From IMG/VR virus record IMGVR_UViG_3300044297_000134, positions 1-37,597 of that record: 37,597 bases of DNA; one strand, 5' to 3'. The notes beneath the pieces were generated by a model that worked only from the letters and a program-made list of their open reading frames with translations, did no database searches and was not told the DNA's origin. Both the position numbers and the translations under genes were made by a program. Within the stretch, counting starts at the first letter, position 1; every line of letters starts with the position of its first letter. Source of the stretch: a virus (taxonomy: Duplodnaviria > Caudoviricetes). Positions 26,258 to 34,345 of this stretch are shown here, piece after piece.

Positions 26258-26991
26258 CGACGAAGAAACCACGACGAAACTACAGGGACGTTAACGGTAA
26301 GAAGTTGCCAGGCGTGACGACGATCCTCGGCGTGTTGGACAAGCCCGCGTTACTGTGGTGGGCGGCACGGGAAGCCGCGCAGGCTACCGCTGCCGCTATC
26401 GTCGACGGTGGGATGCCCGCCGACCGCGCGATCGAGGTCGGGAAGAAGGCGCCTTTCCAGCGCCGCGCAGAAGCCGCCGACGCAGGCACGCAGGCGCACG
26501 CGTGCGTTGAAGCGCATTACGCTGGCGAGCCGTGGCCAGAGGACGCCAGCGACGCAGCGCGAGCCTGTGCCCAGCGCGTGATCGACCACATTGCCGCGCG
26601 CGGCTATCAGGTCGTCGTCAGCGAATGGGCGGGGACGATTGGCGAATACGGAAGCGGTTTCGCCGGCACGCTTGACCTGATCGTCGAACGCGACGGCTTG
26701 CGCTACATCGCCGATCTAAAAACCGGGAAAGCCGCCTTTGATGAGGTCGTGCCGCAGCTTGCCGCCTATGCAAATATGTGGTTTTGGTACCGTGATCAAC
26801 TTGGTGAAAACCCAATCATCGATCGAGGGATTGTCTTTCACGCTCCAATCGAAGACGACGTCGTCAACGAGATCGAGTTGACGCGCGAAAATCTTGATGC
26901 AGGTTGGCGCCTGTTCAATGCTGCGCGCGCGGCCTATTGGGCGCGCAAAGACGCGAAGCTCCCCGGCAAGAAAGAAGAGGACGAAGAATGA
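26254..26991 (+). CDS. PD-(D/E)XK (Cas4/RecB-like) exonuclease
   Basis: LPGVTTIL, GTQAH, FAGTLDL, IADLKTG, QLAAY. Confidence 0.88.
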   Translation: MTTKKPRRNYRDVNGKKLPGVTTILGVLDKPALLWWAAREAAQATAAAIVDGGMPADRAIEVGKKAPFQRRAEAADAGTQAHACVEAHYAGEPWPEDASDAARACAQRVIDHIAARGYQVVVSEWAGTIGEYGSGFAGTLDLIVERDGLRYIADLKTGKAAFDEVVPQLAAYANMWFWYRDQLGENPIIDRGIVFHAPIEDDVVNEIELTRENLDAGWRLFNAARAAYWARKDAKLPGKKEEDEE

Positions 26992-27191
26992 CGAAGCGGA
27001 TCCTTGTGCGCGGCCAAGATGTGAAAGCCCTCGTCGACGTGCTCGTCGAAGAGGCACGCGACGACGCAGCAGAACACCTGTATGCGCTCGACCAGTTGCG
27101 GGCAGAGGTCGATCGGTTAGCGCATGAAAATCGCACGTTGCGCGCTACGCTTGAAGCACGGGCGCAGCACGCGCCAGTCGACAACGCATAG
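26988..27191 (+). CDS. Hypothetical coiled-coil protein
   Basis: ATGA overlap. MTKRILVRG...LDQLRAEVDRLAHENRTLR. Confidence 0.65.
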   Translation: MTKRILVRGQDVKALVDVLVEEARDDAAEHLYALDQLRAEVDRLAHENRTLRATLEARAQHAPVDNA

Positions 27192-27200
27192 GAGCAAATC

Positions 27201-27665
27201 ATGCCAGGCAAGCGAGACGAGGCGAAATGGAAGCGGGCGAAAGACGCCGTTAGCAAGAGCAAGGGCAAGGCTGAATCGGCCTTCACCGACCGCGATTGGG
27301 GCCTTGTGCCGCGCATGACGCGCACGGAAAAACATACGCTCGGGGCTTGCATCCCCCGAGGGCTGGCACCTCGTTGCGAAGGAGAAGCCGTGACGTGCCG
27401 AGGATGCGGGCCAAGCCCCGACCCAGAGCAGGACCGCGAGCACAACGATTGGTGTCCTGACAATCCGCGCGCGGGCTGGACGATCCCCGCGTCGATGCTC
27501 GCCCCGGCGACGCCGCCCGACCACTACACCCTCGATCAAGTCCGCGTGATGCTGCGTGCCGCAATCACCCACTCGTGGTCCACCCACTTGTGGTCGAGGA
27601 CGAGGCCGATCGAAGAACGCATCGACACGCTGCTCGCCATGTTCACCCCGAAGGAGAAACCATGA
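27201..27665 (+). CDS. Hypothetical, probably chimeric ORF with an internal start at GTG 27390
   Basis: SD AGGAG before 27201 and a second SD AAGGAG before in-frame GTG 27390 (TCRGCG...GWTIPASM...KEKP). Confidence 0.5.
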   Translation: MPGKRDEAKWKRAKDAVSKSKGKAESAFTDRDWGLVPRMTRTEKHTLGACIPRGLAPRCEGEAVTCRGCGPSPDPEQDREHNDWCPDNPRAGWTIPASMLAPATPPDHYTLDQVRVMLRAAITHSWSTHLWSRTRPIEERIDTLLAMFTPKEKP

Positions 27666-27988
27666 CCGAGAACAAGACGCTCTCGCAGGAGGACTTCGTC
27701 AAGTCCTACGCCAAGAAGTCCAAGATGACCGTCGAAGATTGCCTGCGCCTGCTTATGCCGATGCCGGGGGGCTGCGTGGGAAGGTGGCCCAGACGACAAC
27801 GTCGGAGCCCCCTCCCGCGTGGTTGTTCCCGCCCTCGATTCCTCCCTGCCGCCAAGCTTGGAGAGGATTCGAGGGCGTCGCCTTTTCTGCATTGCAGCAG
27901 GTCGGGCACGCCAAACGTACCCTGCGCGTCACCAGAAAATCTATCAGGAAATGGGCGGCACCTAGTCGCCAAGGAGACCACGACGTGA
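27662..27988 (+). CDS. Hypothetical protein, possibly degenerate
   Basis: SD AAGGAG and ATGA overlap. Natural-looking N-terminus MTENKTLSQEDFVKSYAKKS followed by off-frame-looking sequence. Confidence 0.4.
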   Translation: MTENKTLSQEDFVKSYAKKSKMTVEDCLRLLMPMPGGCVGRWPRRQRRSPLPRGCSRPRFLPAAKLGEDSRASPFLHCSRSGTPNVPCASPENLSGNGRHLVAKETTT

Positions 27989-28731
27989 CCGCACAAATCT
28001 ACCTTGGACGCTGGCAAGATGCGCTAGCGCACGTCGACACCGTCGACGCCATCATCTGCGATCCGCCTTATGGGGCGCGGACGCACGAAGGGCATTTTTC
28101 TGGTTGCTCGACCGAGCCAGACGAATCCGTCTCGCGCCTTGGATACGACGACAAGCGCAAACGACGTCGACCGATTGCCTATACTGGCTTCACCGTTGAC
28201 GACGTGCGCGCGTTCGTCGCGTCGTGGATGCCACGTTGTCGCGGGTGGTTTGTCGCTATGACGTCGCATGACCTTGTCCATGCGTACGCCGACGCACTAG
28301 AGGCGGCAGGCCGGTACGTGTTTGCGCCGTTGCCATTTGTCGAGCCGGGGAAATGCCCACGGCTAACAGGCGATGGTCCTGCGTCGTGGACGTGTTGGAT
28401 CGTGGTTGCGCGTCCAAAGTCAAAGCGTTTCCAAGGATGGGGAAGTCTCGATGGTGCGTACGTATTTCCCAAGGGAACCGTTGAGCAGATACGCGAGGTC
28501 GTAGGCGGCAAACCGCTCGACCTCATGCGCGCCATCGTGCGCGACTATTCACGCCCCGGCGACCTCGTCTGCGATCCTTTTGTGGGCAGCGGCACGACGG
28601 CGCTAGCGTGCGCGATCGAAGGCAGGCGTTTTGTCGGGGCAGAGGAGAAGCCAGAGCACTACGCGATTGCGACGAAACGACTCAGCCGTGGTTTCACGCG
28701 CGATATGTTCAGCGGGGGCACCGATGCGTGA
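27985..28731 (+). CDS. Beta-class N4-C/N6-A DNA methyltransferase
   Basis: IICDPPYG ... KPLDLMRAIVRDYSRPGDLVCDPFVGSGTT. SD AAGGAG before GTG 27985. Confidence 0.9.
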   Translation: MTAQIYLGRWQDALAHVDTVDAIICDPPYGARTHEGHFSGCSTEPDESVSRLGYDDKRKRRRPIAYTGFTVDDVRAFVASWMPRCRGWFVAMTSHDLVHAYADALEAAGRYVFAPLPFVEPGKCPRLTGDGPASWTCWIVVARPKSKRFQGWGSLDGAYVFPKGTVEQIREVVGGKPLDLMRAIVRDYSRPGDLVCDPFVGSGTTALACAIEGRRFVGAEEKPEHYAIATKRLSRGFTRDMFSGGTDA

Positions 28732-29080
28732 TTTTCTCTTTTCCTGTGGCGTCTTCGACGATGACGACAGACCCGCGCCGAAGCTCGGGCCAGTGCGCAA
28801 CATCGACGAACAACCGATTCAGGCGCACCAATGGCAATACTTTTGCCCCGGTTGCGGTGGCCTGCTCGTCGACCCGTCGATGTTGTCGGGGTTATGTAAG
28901 CCATGCCACGCAGCGAAAGAGGACGACAGGCGAAAAAAAGAGCAGCGCAAGGCAGCGCAAGAACGTGCGCGCCTCGACGTGGCGGCGATCGTGGGCAACC
29001 TATGCGCGCACTGTGGCGTGCGTAGACGCAAGCACCTTTCGCGCTATTGCGGTCAGCGTGCGTGCGAGCGCCACGAATGA
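28724..29080 (+). CDS. Zinc-finger protein
   Basis: CPGC, CKPC, CAHC and CGQRAC, with a charged helix between the two halves. Confidence 0.65.
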   Translation: MRDFLFSCGVFDDDDRPAPKLGPVRNIDEQPIQAHQWQYFCPGCGGLLVDPSMLSGLCKPCHAAKEDDRRKKEQRKAAQERARLDVAAIVGNLCAHCGVRRRKHLSRYCGQRACERHE

Positions 29081-29304
29081 GCAGCACGACGGATTACCAG
29101 GACTACGCCGACGTCGACGGGCAGACACCGGGAATGCTGCGGCATAATCTCCGACGCGCGCGCGAACGGATTGCCACGTTGATCGGGATGCTCGACGAGG
29201 AGCGCGCCAAGCACGCCGAAACGCGTACCGAGCTTCGACGGCTGCGCGTGCGGATGGATGCAGCCACACGGGCGCTTAGTGGCTGCGGCGGGCGACTTGA
29301 TTGA
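29077..29304 (+). CDS. Hypothetical coiled-coil protein
   Basis: ATGA overlap. Last rightward gene, overlapping the convergent tail gene by 29 nt. Confidence 0.6.
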   Translation: MSSTTDYQDYADVDGQTPGMLRHNLRRARERIATLIGMLDEERAKHAETRTELRRLRVRMDAATRALSGCGGRLD

Positions 29305-29935
29305 TCGACATAAGAACGATGTCGAAGGCGACGCTTGCGGTCGCCTCAATCTCGATGATGCGTTCCTGATAGCCAGGGATCAGCGGCGTGTACGCCTCGC
29401 CCGATGACGTGATGCCGGCCGTCGACATCGTCAGCGTTGTCGACTGTGACGGACCAGCCTGTCCCTCGGCGCCGTAAATGCGGATTGTGGCGCTCGCTGT
29501 CCCGGCGCCAGCCGTGCGGATGCCGCGCACGACGAGCAGGCCGCGCGAATAGGGCGTCAGCGGTGCCTGCTGAAACGGGCGCACGATCAACTTGGCGGTC
29601 GTTAATTGCTTTTCGCCTGTCGTCGTAAACGACATGATCGCCTCTTCGCCGTAGAGGTTCGTCGAGGCGCCAGTCCCCTCGTAAATCCATAGCGGGTGCT
29701 GTAGCGCATCGCCCCATGGTGGGCCGCTGCGGTCGACGCCTGCGCGCCCCTGTGGGTTCGTCGGCGTAACAATCCCGTCGGCCGCGATGGCTGGCACTCC
29801 GGTGGCGAGCTCGTAGAGGTAGCGCACGCGGCCAGCGAGACTCTGCGCGATCACGGCTAGCGCGGGTGCATTGCTTTTGACCTGCGCCTGTTGCAACGGT
29901 GCCGACGAGATAGCGCGGGAAATGGGACGGGGCAT
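29276..29935 (-). CDS. Tail-tip protein (219 aa)
   Basis: SD GAGG before MPRPISR. Last gene of the tail block. Shares a module with the upstream gene. Confidence 0.7.
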   Translation of the reverse strand: MPRPISRAISSAPLQQAQVKSNAPALAVIAQSLAGRVRYLYELATGVPAIAADGIVTPTNPQGRAGVDRSGPPWGDALQHPLWIYEGTGASTNLYGEEAIMSFTTTGEKQLTTAKLIVRPFQQAPLTPYSRGLLVVRGIRTAGAGTASATIRIYGAEGQAGPSQSTTLTMSTAGITSSGEAYTPLIPGYQERIIEIEATASVAFDIVLMSINQVARRSH

Positions 29936-29942
29936 CGATACC

Positions 29943-31313
29943 TCAGGGTGTGAACGCCAAGCCGTAGCCGAGCAGCAGGAGTTCGCGACCACCGATCGCG
30001 CCGCCAGCCGTGTTGCGGACTTCGATTGCGACGACGTTGGAGACGCCAGCGGAGAACGGGGCAGCGGTGATCGTCGCAGACCATAGGTTCGTCGTGCCAA
30101 GCTGCGCGAAGTTGACCCACGCGCCAGTTCCGCCCGCAGTCGAGATGCGCGCCTGCCACGTTCCGGCGCCGCCCGTTGCATAGTCCAGCCCGAGCACGAC
30201 GACGTCGAGGTCGCTTGAAGACGTCGAGAACGGCGGGAAATACATGATCGATCGCGACACAATCGCGACCTCGTTCGCGGCCGTGGTTTGCGGATAACGC
30301 GCCCAGTCGATCGGTCCCTCAATCGGCGAAGACGTCGAAAGAGTGCCAAGAAAGTCAGACTTTGTCGTTACGTTGACGACGCGCATACACCCGAGCGCTA
30401 TTGATGCGACCGGGAATTCTAGCAGCGGCTCTGCCCCGAAGACGCTGCGGTTATGGTCGCGCGTCGTCGTCATCGTAGTCGTGTTGTTGCCGGGAATCGG
30501 AGAGCCTGTCACGTATTCCCACATCGACCCGAGCATACGATTGAGGCGCGTCAGCACCCACGCGTCGAGCGGCGCATGGTCTGCGGTCATCGCGGCGTCG
30601 ATGTCGTCGGCGGCTGCGTTCGTCGGCGTCAGCGTCGACGCGTGCGTTGGGTATGGGTTCCCCGTTGCGCTTGCGCCAGGCATGGTGATGCCGTTGGACT
30701 CGCCAAGACCGACCCACGACGGATAGATGCGCCAGCCGTAGAGGTAGCCGTTCGGATCGGTCTCGTCGTAGAGCAGGCGACGCTTGACGGCGATGTATTG
30801 CCAGCCGGTCCCTAGTCCCGTCAGCGAAAATGCGCTCGTCCATGTTCCGGTATTGCCGTTGCGCCAAGGTGGGGCCTCGCGCACGTATGCCGGCGAGAAT
30901 GACCCGGCAACCTGCGTCCACGACGTGTTGAACACGTCGACAGACAGCGAACCATCGTTCACCCGTACCGGGTGTACTTCGCAGTCGACCTCAAGGTTCC
31001 ACTCTGAAATACCGACCGGGATGAACACCGGTAGAACGAGAATGTAGTAGTCCGACTCGATAGCGGCACCGCGAAGCATAATGTCGCGGTTGATCGTCTG
31101 CGACGGATACGGCAGGCGCATCGGGCACCCACGCCCGCTACCGCTGTGGTTGATCGTATCCGTCGCCGAATGGCCGTTTGCCCCGGTGACCTTGTCGAAG
31201 ACGAGCGCGAAATCGCCGGCCGTGTTGTCGATGGTGCGCGAGTAGATCGATGCATCGCGCGCCGTCTCTGAGACAGGGACGCCAACGAACGATGCATTCT
31301 TGCGACGAGCCAT
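29943..31313 (-). CDS. Tail-tip/baseplate protein with internal duplication (456 aa)
   Basis: TAATG overlap. Two helix + beta-sandwich-like modules. Confidence 0.7.
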   Translation of the reverse strand: MARRKNASFVGVPVSETARDASIYSRTIDNTAGDFALVFDKVTGANGHSATDTINHSGSGRGCPMRLPYPSQTINRDIMLRGAAIESDYYILVLPVFIPVGISEWNLEVDCEVHPVRVNDGSLSVDVFNTSWTQVAGSFSPAYVREAPPWRNGNTGTWTSAFSLTGLGTGWQYIAVKRRLLYDETDPNGYLYGWRIYPSWVGLGESNGITMPGASATGNPYPTHASTLTPTNAAADDIDAAMTADHAPLDAWVLTRLNRMLGSMWEYVTGSPIPGNNTTTMTTTRDHNRSVFGAEPLLEFPVASIALGCMRVVNVTTKSDFLGTLSTSSPIEGPIDWARYPQTTAANEVAIVSRSIMYFPPFSTSSSDLDVVVLGLDYATGGAGTWQARISTAGGTGAWVNFAQLGTTNLWSATITAAPFSAGVSNVVAIEVRNTAGGAIGGRELLLLGYGLAFTP

Positions 31314-33538
31314 TAGCGCCACCTCGGTTCGTAGTTCGTCGCAGTCGACAGCGTATTGACGTATCCGTCAAGGAAGGCGAGCGCGGCGAATTCGCTTTGC
31401 GTGTAGCCGCTTGTCGTGACTCCGTCGATCGTCGTCGCGGCAGGGTCGGCGACGATGTAGTCGACGCCGCCAGCAATCACGAACGCAGGCGCAGCCGTGA
31501 TCGTGATCTGCGTCGTCGACACCAGCGAGGCAACGGTCGTCGAATGGTAGACGGCGCCGCTGATGTCGTAGATGCGTACGGCCTGCCCGACGAAGAAATC
31601 ATTTCCCGGTGACGTCCCCGAGACTTCCGGCCCCGTCGTCGCGAGCGTCAGCGTCGTTCCGACGATCGACGTGATCACGGCCGCAGGCGAGACGACGAGC
31701 AACGGATCGAGAACCAGCAGGCGCACGTCGACGCGTGCTGCGTCGTAGCGTGGGCGACGCGAGACGACACGCGCGCGCGCGCCCTCGAGCGTTCCACCGC
31801 GAAGGTCGGGCAAGCCCGAGAACGCGTCAGGCAAGCCCGACAGGGTCACAACGTCGCCGATGCGCAAACTCAGGTGCGCCATCGTCAGCGACATCGAAAC
31901 GTAGCGGCGCGCCAGCCCGTTATCGCCACGCTGGATGTCAGCGGCGATCGTCTGCATCTCGCCAACGGTCAGCGCGGCAGGATTGCGGTAGCTGTTCGGC
32001 TGGCGTCGTTGATACTCGACGATCCCGATTGAGCGGAATTCAAGTTGCTGCCGTTCCTGTGTACGCGGATAACGCTTGGCGGTCGCCGTGTCGATCAGGT
32101 TGAGCTCAACGCGGAATTCTTCGTTGGTTGGCGAGTAGTCGCATTGTGCCGTCGCGATCGGGTAGATCGCGCTTTCGTCGGCAACCACTTCGATCCGGCT
32201 GTCGGGGATGACCGAATGCACGCCGAGCGCCGTTGACGACGACACGCGCGGTGTAGCGAGCGAAAAGACAGATAGCTTCCCGTCGTTCGTGATGCGCGTT
32301 GCGGCGCCGTTGAGTTGGCACCACTCGCGCAGCGCGGCGCTGATCTTCTGCTCTTTGTCGACGACGATGTTGAATGGACGCGTGAACGGGTAATCGGTCC
32401 ACGCTGTCGTATCTATCTCGGATGACGCGAACCCAGCACCCATGCGCCAGCCGGGATCGGTGGCGGTTTGCAGTCGACCCGGCAGGACATCGGGCGATAG
32501 CTGGCCCTCTTTCGATTGCAAGAGATAGAGCATCGACGACGGAATGCCGCCGACCATGGCAATCTGTTTTAGCGAGTCGACGCTACGGATGAATTCCTCA
32601 AAGCGCCAGCCGGTGAAGCTGCGCCGGAATCGCGGCTCAGGGTAGATCGCGATCTTGTTGTTCACCGTGTCGACGTTGGCGAGGTCGAAGATCGCGCCCT
32701 CGTCGCCTGCGCGCGCGACGACGTAAGACGGCCACGCAGCAGCAAGGCGAAACGCCGTCGCGTCATCGACGGGGAATTCGTACGCGGTTCGACCGCCCAC
32801 CGTCGTCGTCGTGTAGCGGTCGGTGACGTTCGACGCCGACAAGCCAATACCGATCGAGCGTTCGTAGAATTCTTGAGCGCAGGACGCCAGCGACAGCGAC
32901 CAGAAGAGGTCGCCGGTATGGCGTGGCGGCTCGTCGACGATCCACGTTCCTAAAAGCTGCTCGCTACCGCCGCCGTTGGCGTCGAGCGTGTAGCCATAGA
33001 GATACGCTCGACGACCACGCCACGACGGAGGGGTAGTGTAGATCGGATCCTCGTAGCCCGTCGTCGCGCCATACAGCGGGCGCGCCGTCGACCCGAAGAC
33101 GCCGCGCGTGCATCCGGTGAAGCTCGCGCCAACGGTTCCGACCTTGATCGTTTCGCCGTCCGTGTAGACCGTTTGCCCGTTGGAAAAGCCGAGCGTCGAA
33201 AAAACCGTCAGCGACGTAGCCGCAGCGGTGGCGTCTGCCGTAAGCCACGTTGCGCGCCGCTTGTTGATCGCGAACAATGACGAGAGTGTCTTCGCATCGT
33301 CGTCGAGAAGATCGATCTCGAGCGTCGCGGCAAGCTCGCGCCGCTCGTCCATGTCGAGGGCTGCTTCGCCCTCTTCGATCCGAGTGATGCCGGCGAATTG
33401 CGTGTAGCCCGACAGCGACGTGGCGACTGCCGCGGGGATCGTGCGTTCGACGAACGCCACGGGCACGCCCTCGACGCGCAAGGCAAGCACCAGGTCGGCG
33501 TGGAGGTCAGGCCCAGCGAGGTCGGCGTAGAGCGTCAC
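31313..33538 (-). CDS. Tail hub / central tail-tip protein
   Basis: 741 aa, second gene after the tape measure. Contains hub-like LRIGDVVTL. Confidence 0.65.
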   Translation of the reverse strand: MTLYADLAGPDLHADLVLALRVEGVPVAFVERTIPAAVATSLSGYTQFAGITRIEEGEAALDMDERRELAATLEIDLLDDDAKTLSSLFAINKRRATWLTADATAAATSLTVFSTLGFSNGQTVYTDGETIKVGTVGASFTGCTRGVFGSTARPLYGATTGYEDPIYTTPPSWRGRRAYLYGYTLDANGGGSEQLLGTWIVDEPPRHTGDLFWSLSLASCAQEFYERSIGIGLSASNVTDRYTTTTVGGRTAYEFPVDDATAFRLAAAWPSYVVARAGDEGAIFDLANVDTVNNKIAIYPEPRFRRSFTGWRFEEFIRSVDSLKQIAMVGGIPSSMLYLLQSKEGQLSPDVLPGRLQTATDPGWRMGAGFASSEIDTTAWTDYPFTRPFNIVVDKEQKISAALREWCQLNGAATRITNDGKLSVFSLATPRVSSSTALGVHSVIPDSRIEVVADESAIYPIATAQCDYSPTNEEFRVELNLIDTATAKRYPRTQERQQLEFRSIGIVEYQRRQPNSYRNPAALTVGEMQTIAADIQRGDNGLARRYVSMSLTMAHLSLRIGDVVTLSGLPDAFSGLPDLRGGTLEGARARVVSRRPRYDAARVDVRLLVLDPLLVVSPAAVITSIVGTTLTLATTGPEVSGTSPGNDFFVGQAVRIYDISGAVYHSTTVASLVSTTQITITAAPAFVIAGGVDYIVADPAATTIDGVTTSGYTQSEFAALAFLDGYVNTLSTATNYEPRWR

Positions 33539-33541
33539 GGG

Positions 33542-34345
33542 TCACACCTTCGCATGTAGGCGCAGATCGGTGGAGTACAGCGGCACGCCCGGCCCAAGGC
33601 GCTGCGGCTCAAAGCGCGACAGCGCATCCTCGGAGAAGTTGCACATGCTCGTCAGCGTCGATGACGACAGCGCTGAAAGCGTCGTGCCCGTCACCGTCGG
33701 CTGCTCGTGGAGTTCGAGCGCGGCGCCTGCGCCGAAGCGCTCAAGGAATCCCTCAAGCGTATCCTGCGTACCAGCGAGCGCGCGCCTGACCAGCATGCGG
33801 CGCTCGTCGACGAAGGCCAGCCCGAGACGATAGGATTGCATGCGCGCCGAGCGCGTCACGCCTTGCACGCGGCCAGATACCGCGCGCGGTACGGCAACGA
33901 TCCGCTCGCTGTATGGTTCGATCTCGCGCGCGATGTCGTTGGATACCCATCCCGCCGCGCACGCCTTCGTCGATGTCTTCGCGGTCGCGCTGACCGTGTC
34001 GTTGGCGCTGAATCCAAGCAGGGCCTCGTCAAACGTCGTCGCGGCGTCGGCCCAAAGCACGCCGAAGTTGTCGGCGCCGGTCGCGCGTGTGATCGTGATC
34101 GTAGTGTGCGCTGTCGCCGGGTCGATGCTGCGCGAAACAGTGATCGTGTAGGTGTTCGCCGATATGTTGGCGTTCTCAAGCGCGGTTTTCAGCGCGGGCA
34201 ACAAGTCGCCTGCCGCACCGTCGCCGCGGAGGTAGTAGGTGCCCGCCAGGATCGTGGCGTTGCCGGTGTTGGCGCCTTCGGTGAAGCGCAACACGTTGTT
34301 TGCGTTCGTCAGAACGATCGCGCCGAGCATGACGGGATAGCTCAC
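33542..34345 (-). CDS. Distal tail (Dit-like) protein
   Basis: 267 aa immediately after the tape measure. Assignment is positional. Confidence 0.55.
   Translation of the reverse strand: MSYPVMLGAIVLTNANNVLRFTEGANTGNATILAGTYYLRGDGAAGDLLPALKTALENANISANTYTITVSRSIDPATAHTTITITRATGADNFGVLWADAATTFDEALLGFSANDTVSATAKTSTKACAAGWVSNDIAREIEPYSERIVAVPRAVSGRVQGVTRSARMQSYRLGLAFVDERRMLVRRALAGTQDTLEGFLERFGAGAALELHEQPTVTGTTLSALSSSTLTSMCNFSEDALSRFEPQRLGPGVPLYSTDLRLHAKV

Noticed and set aside
26254-26991. Cas4-like nuclease as part of a CRISPR-Cas system
   Set aside because: No other cas genes or array. Stand-alone PD-(D/E)XK exonucleases are routine in phage recombination modules.
24111-27665. Duplicated segments as the template/variable repeats of a diversity-generating retroelement
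   Set aside because: No reverse transcriptase is present, and the differences include indels and are not adenine-specific.
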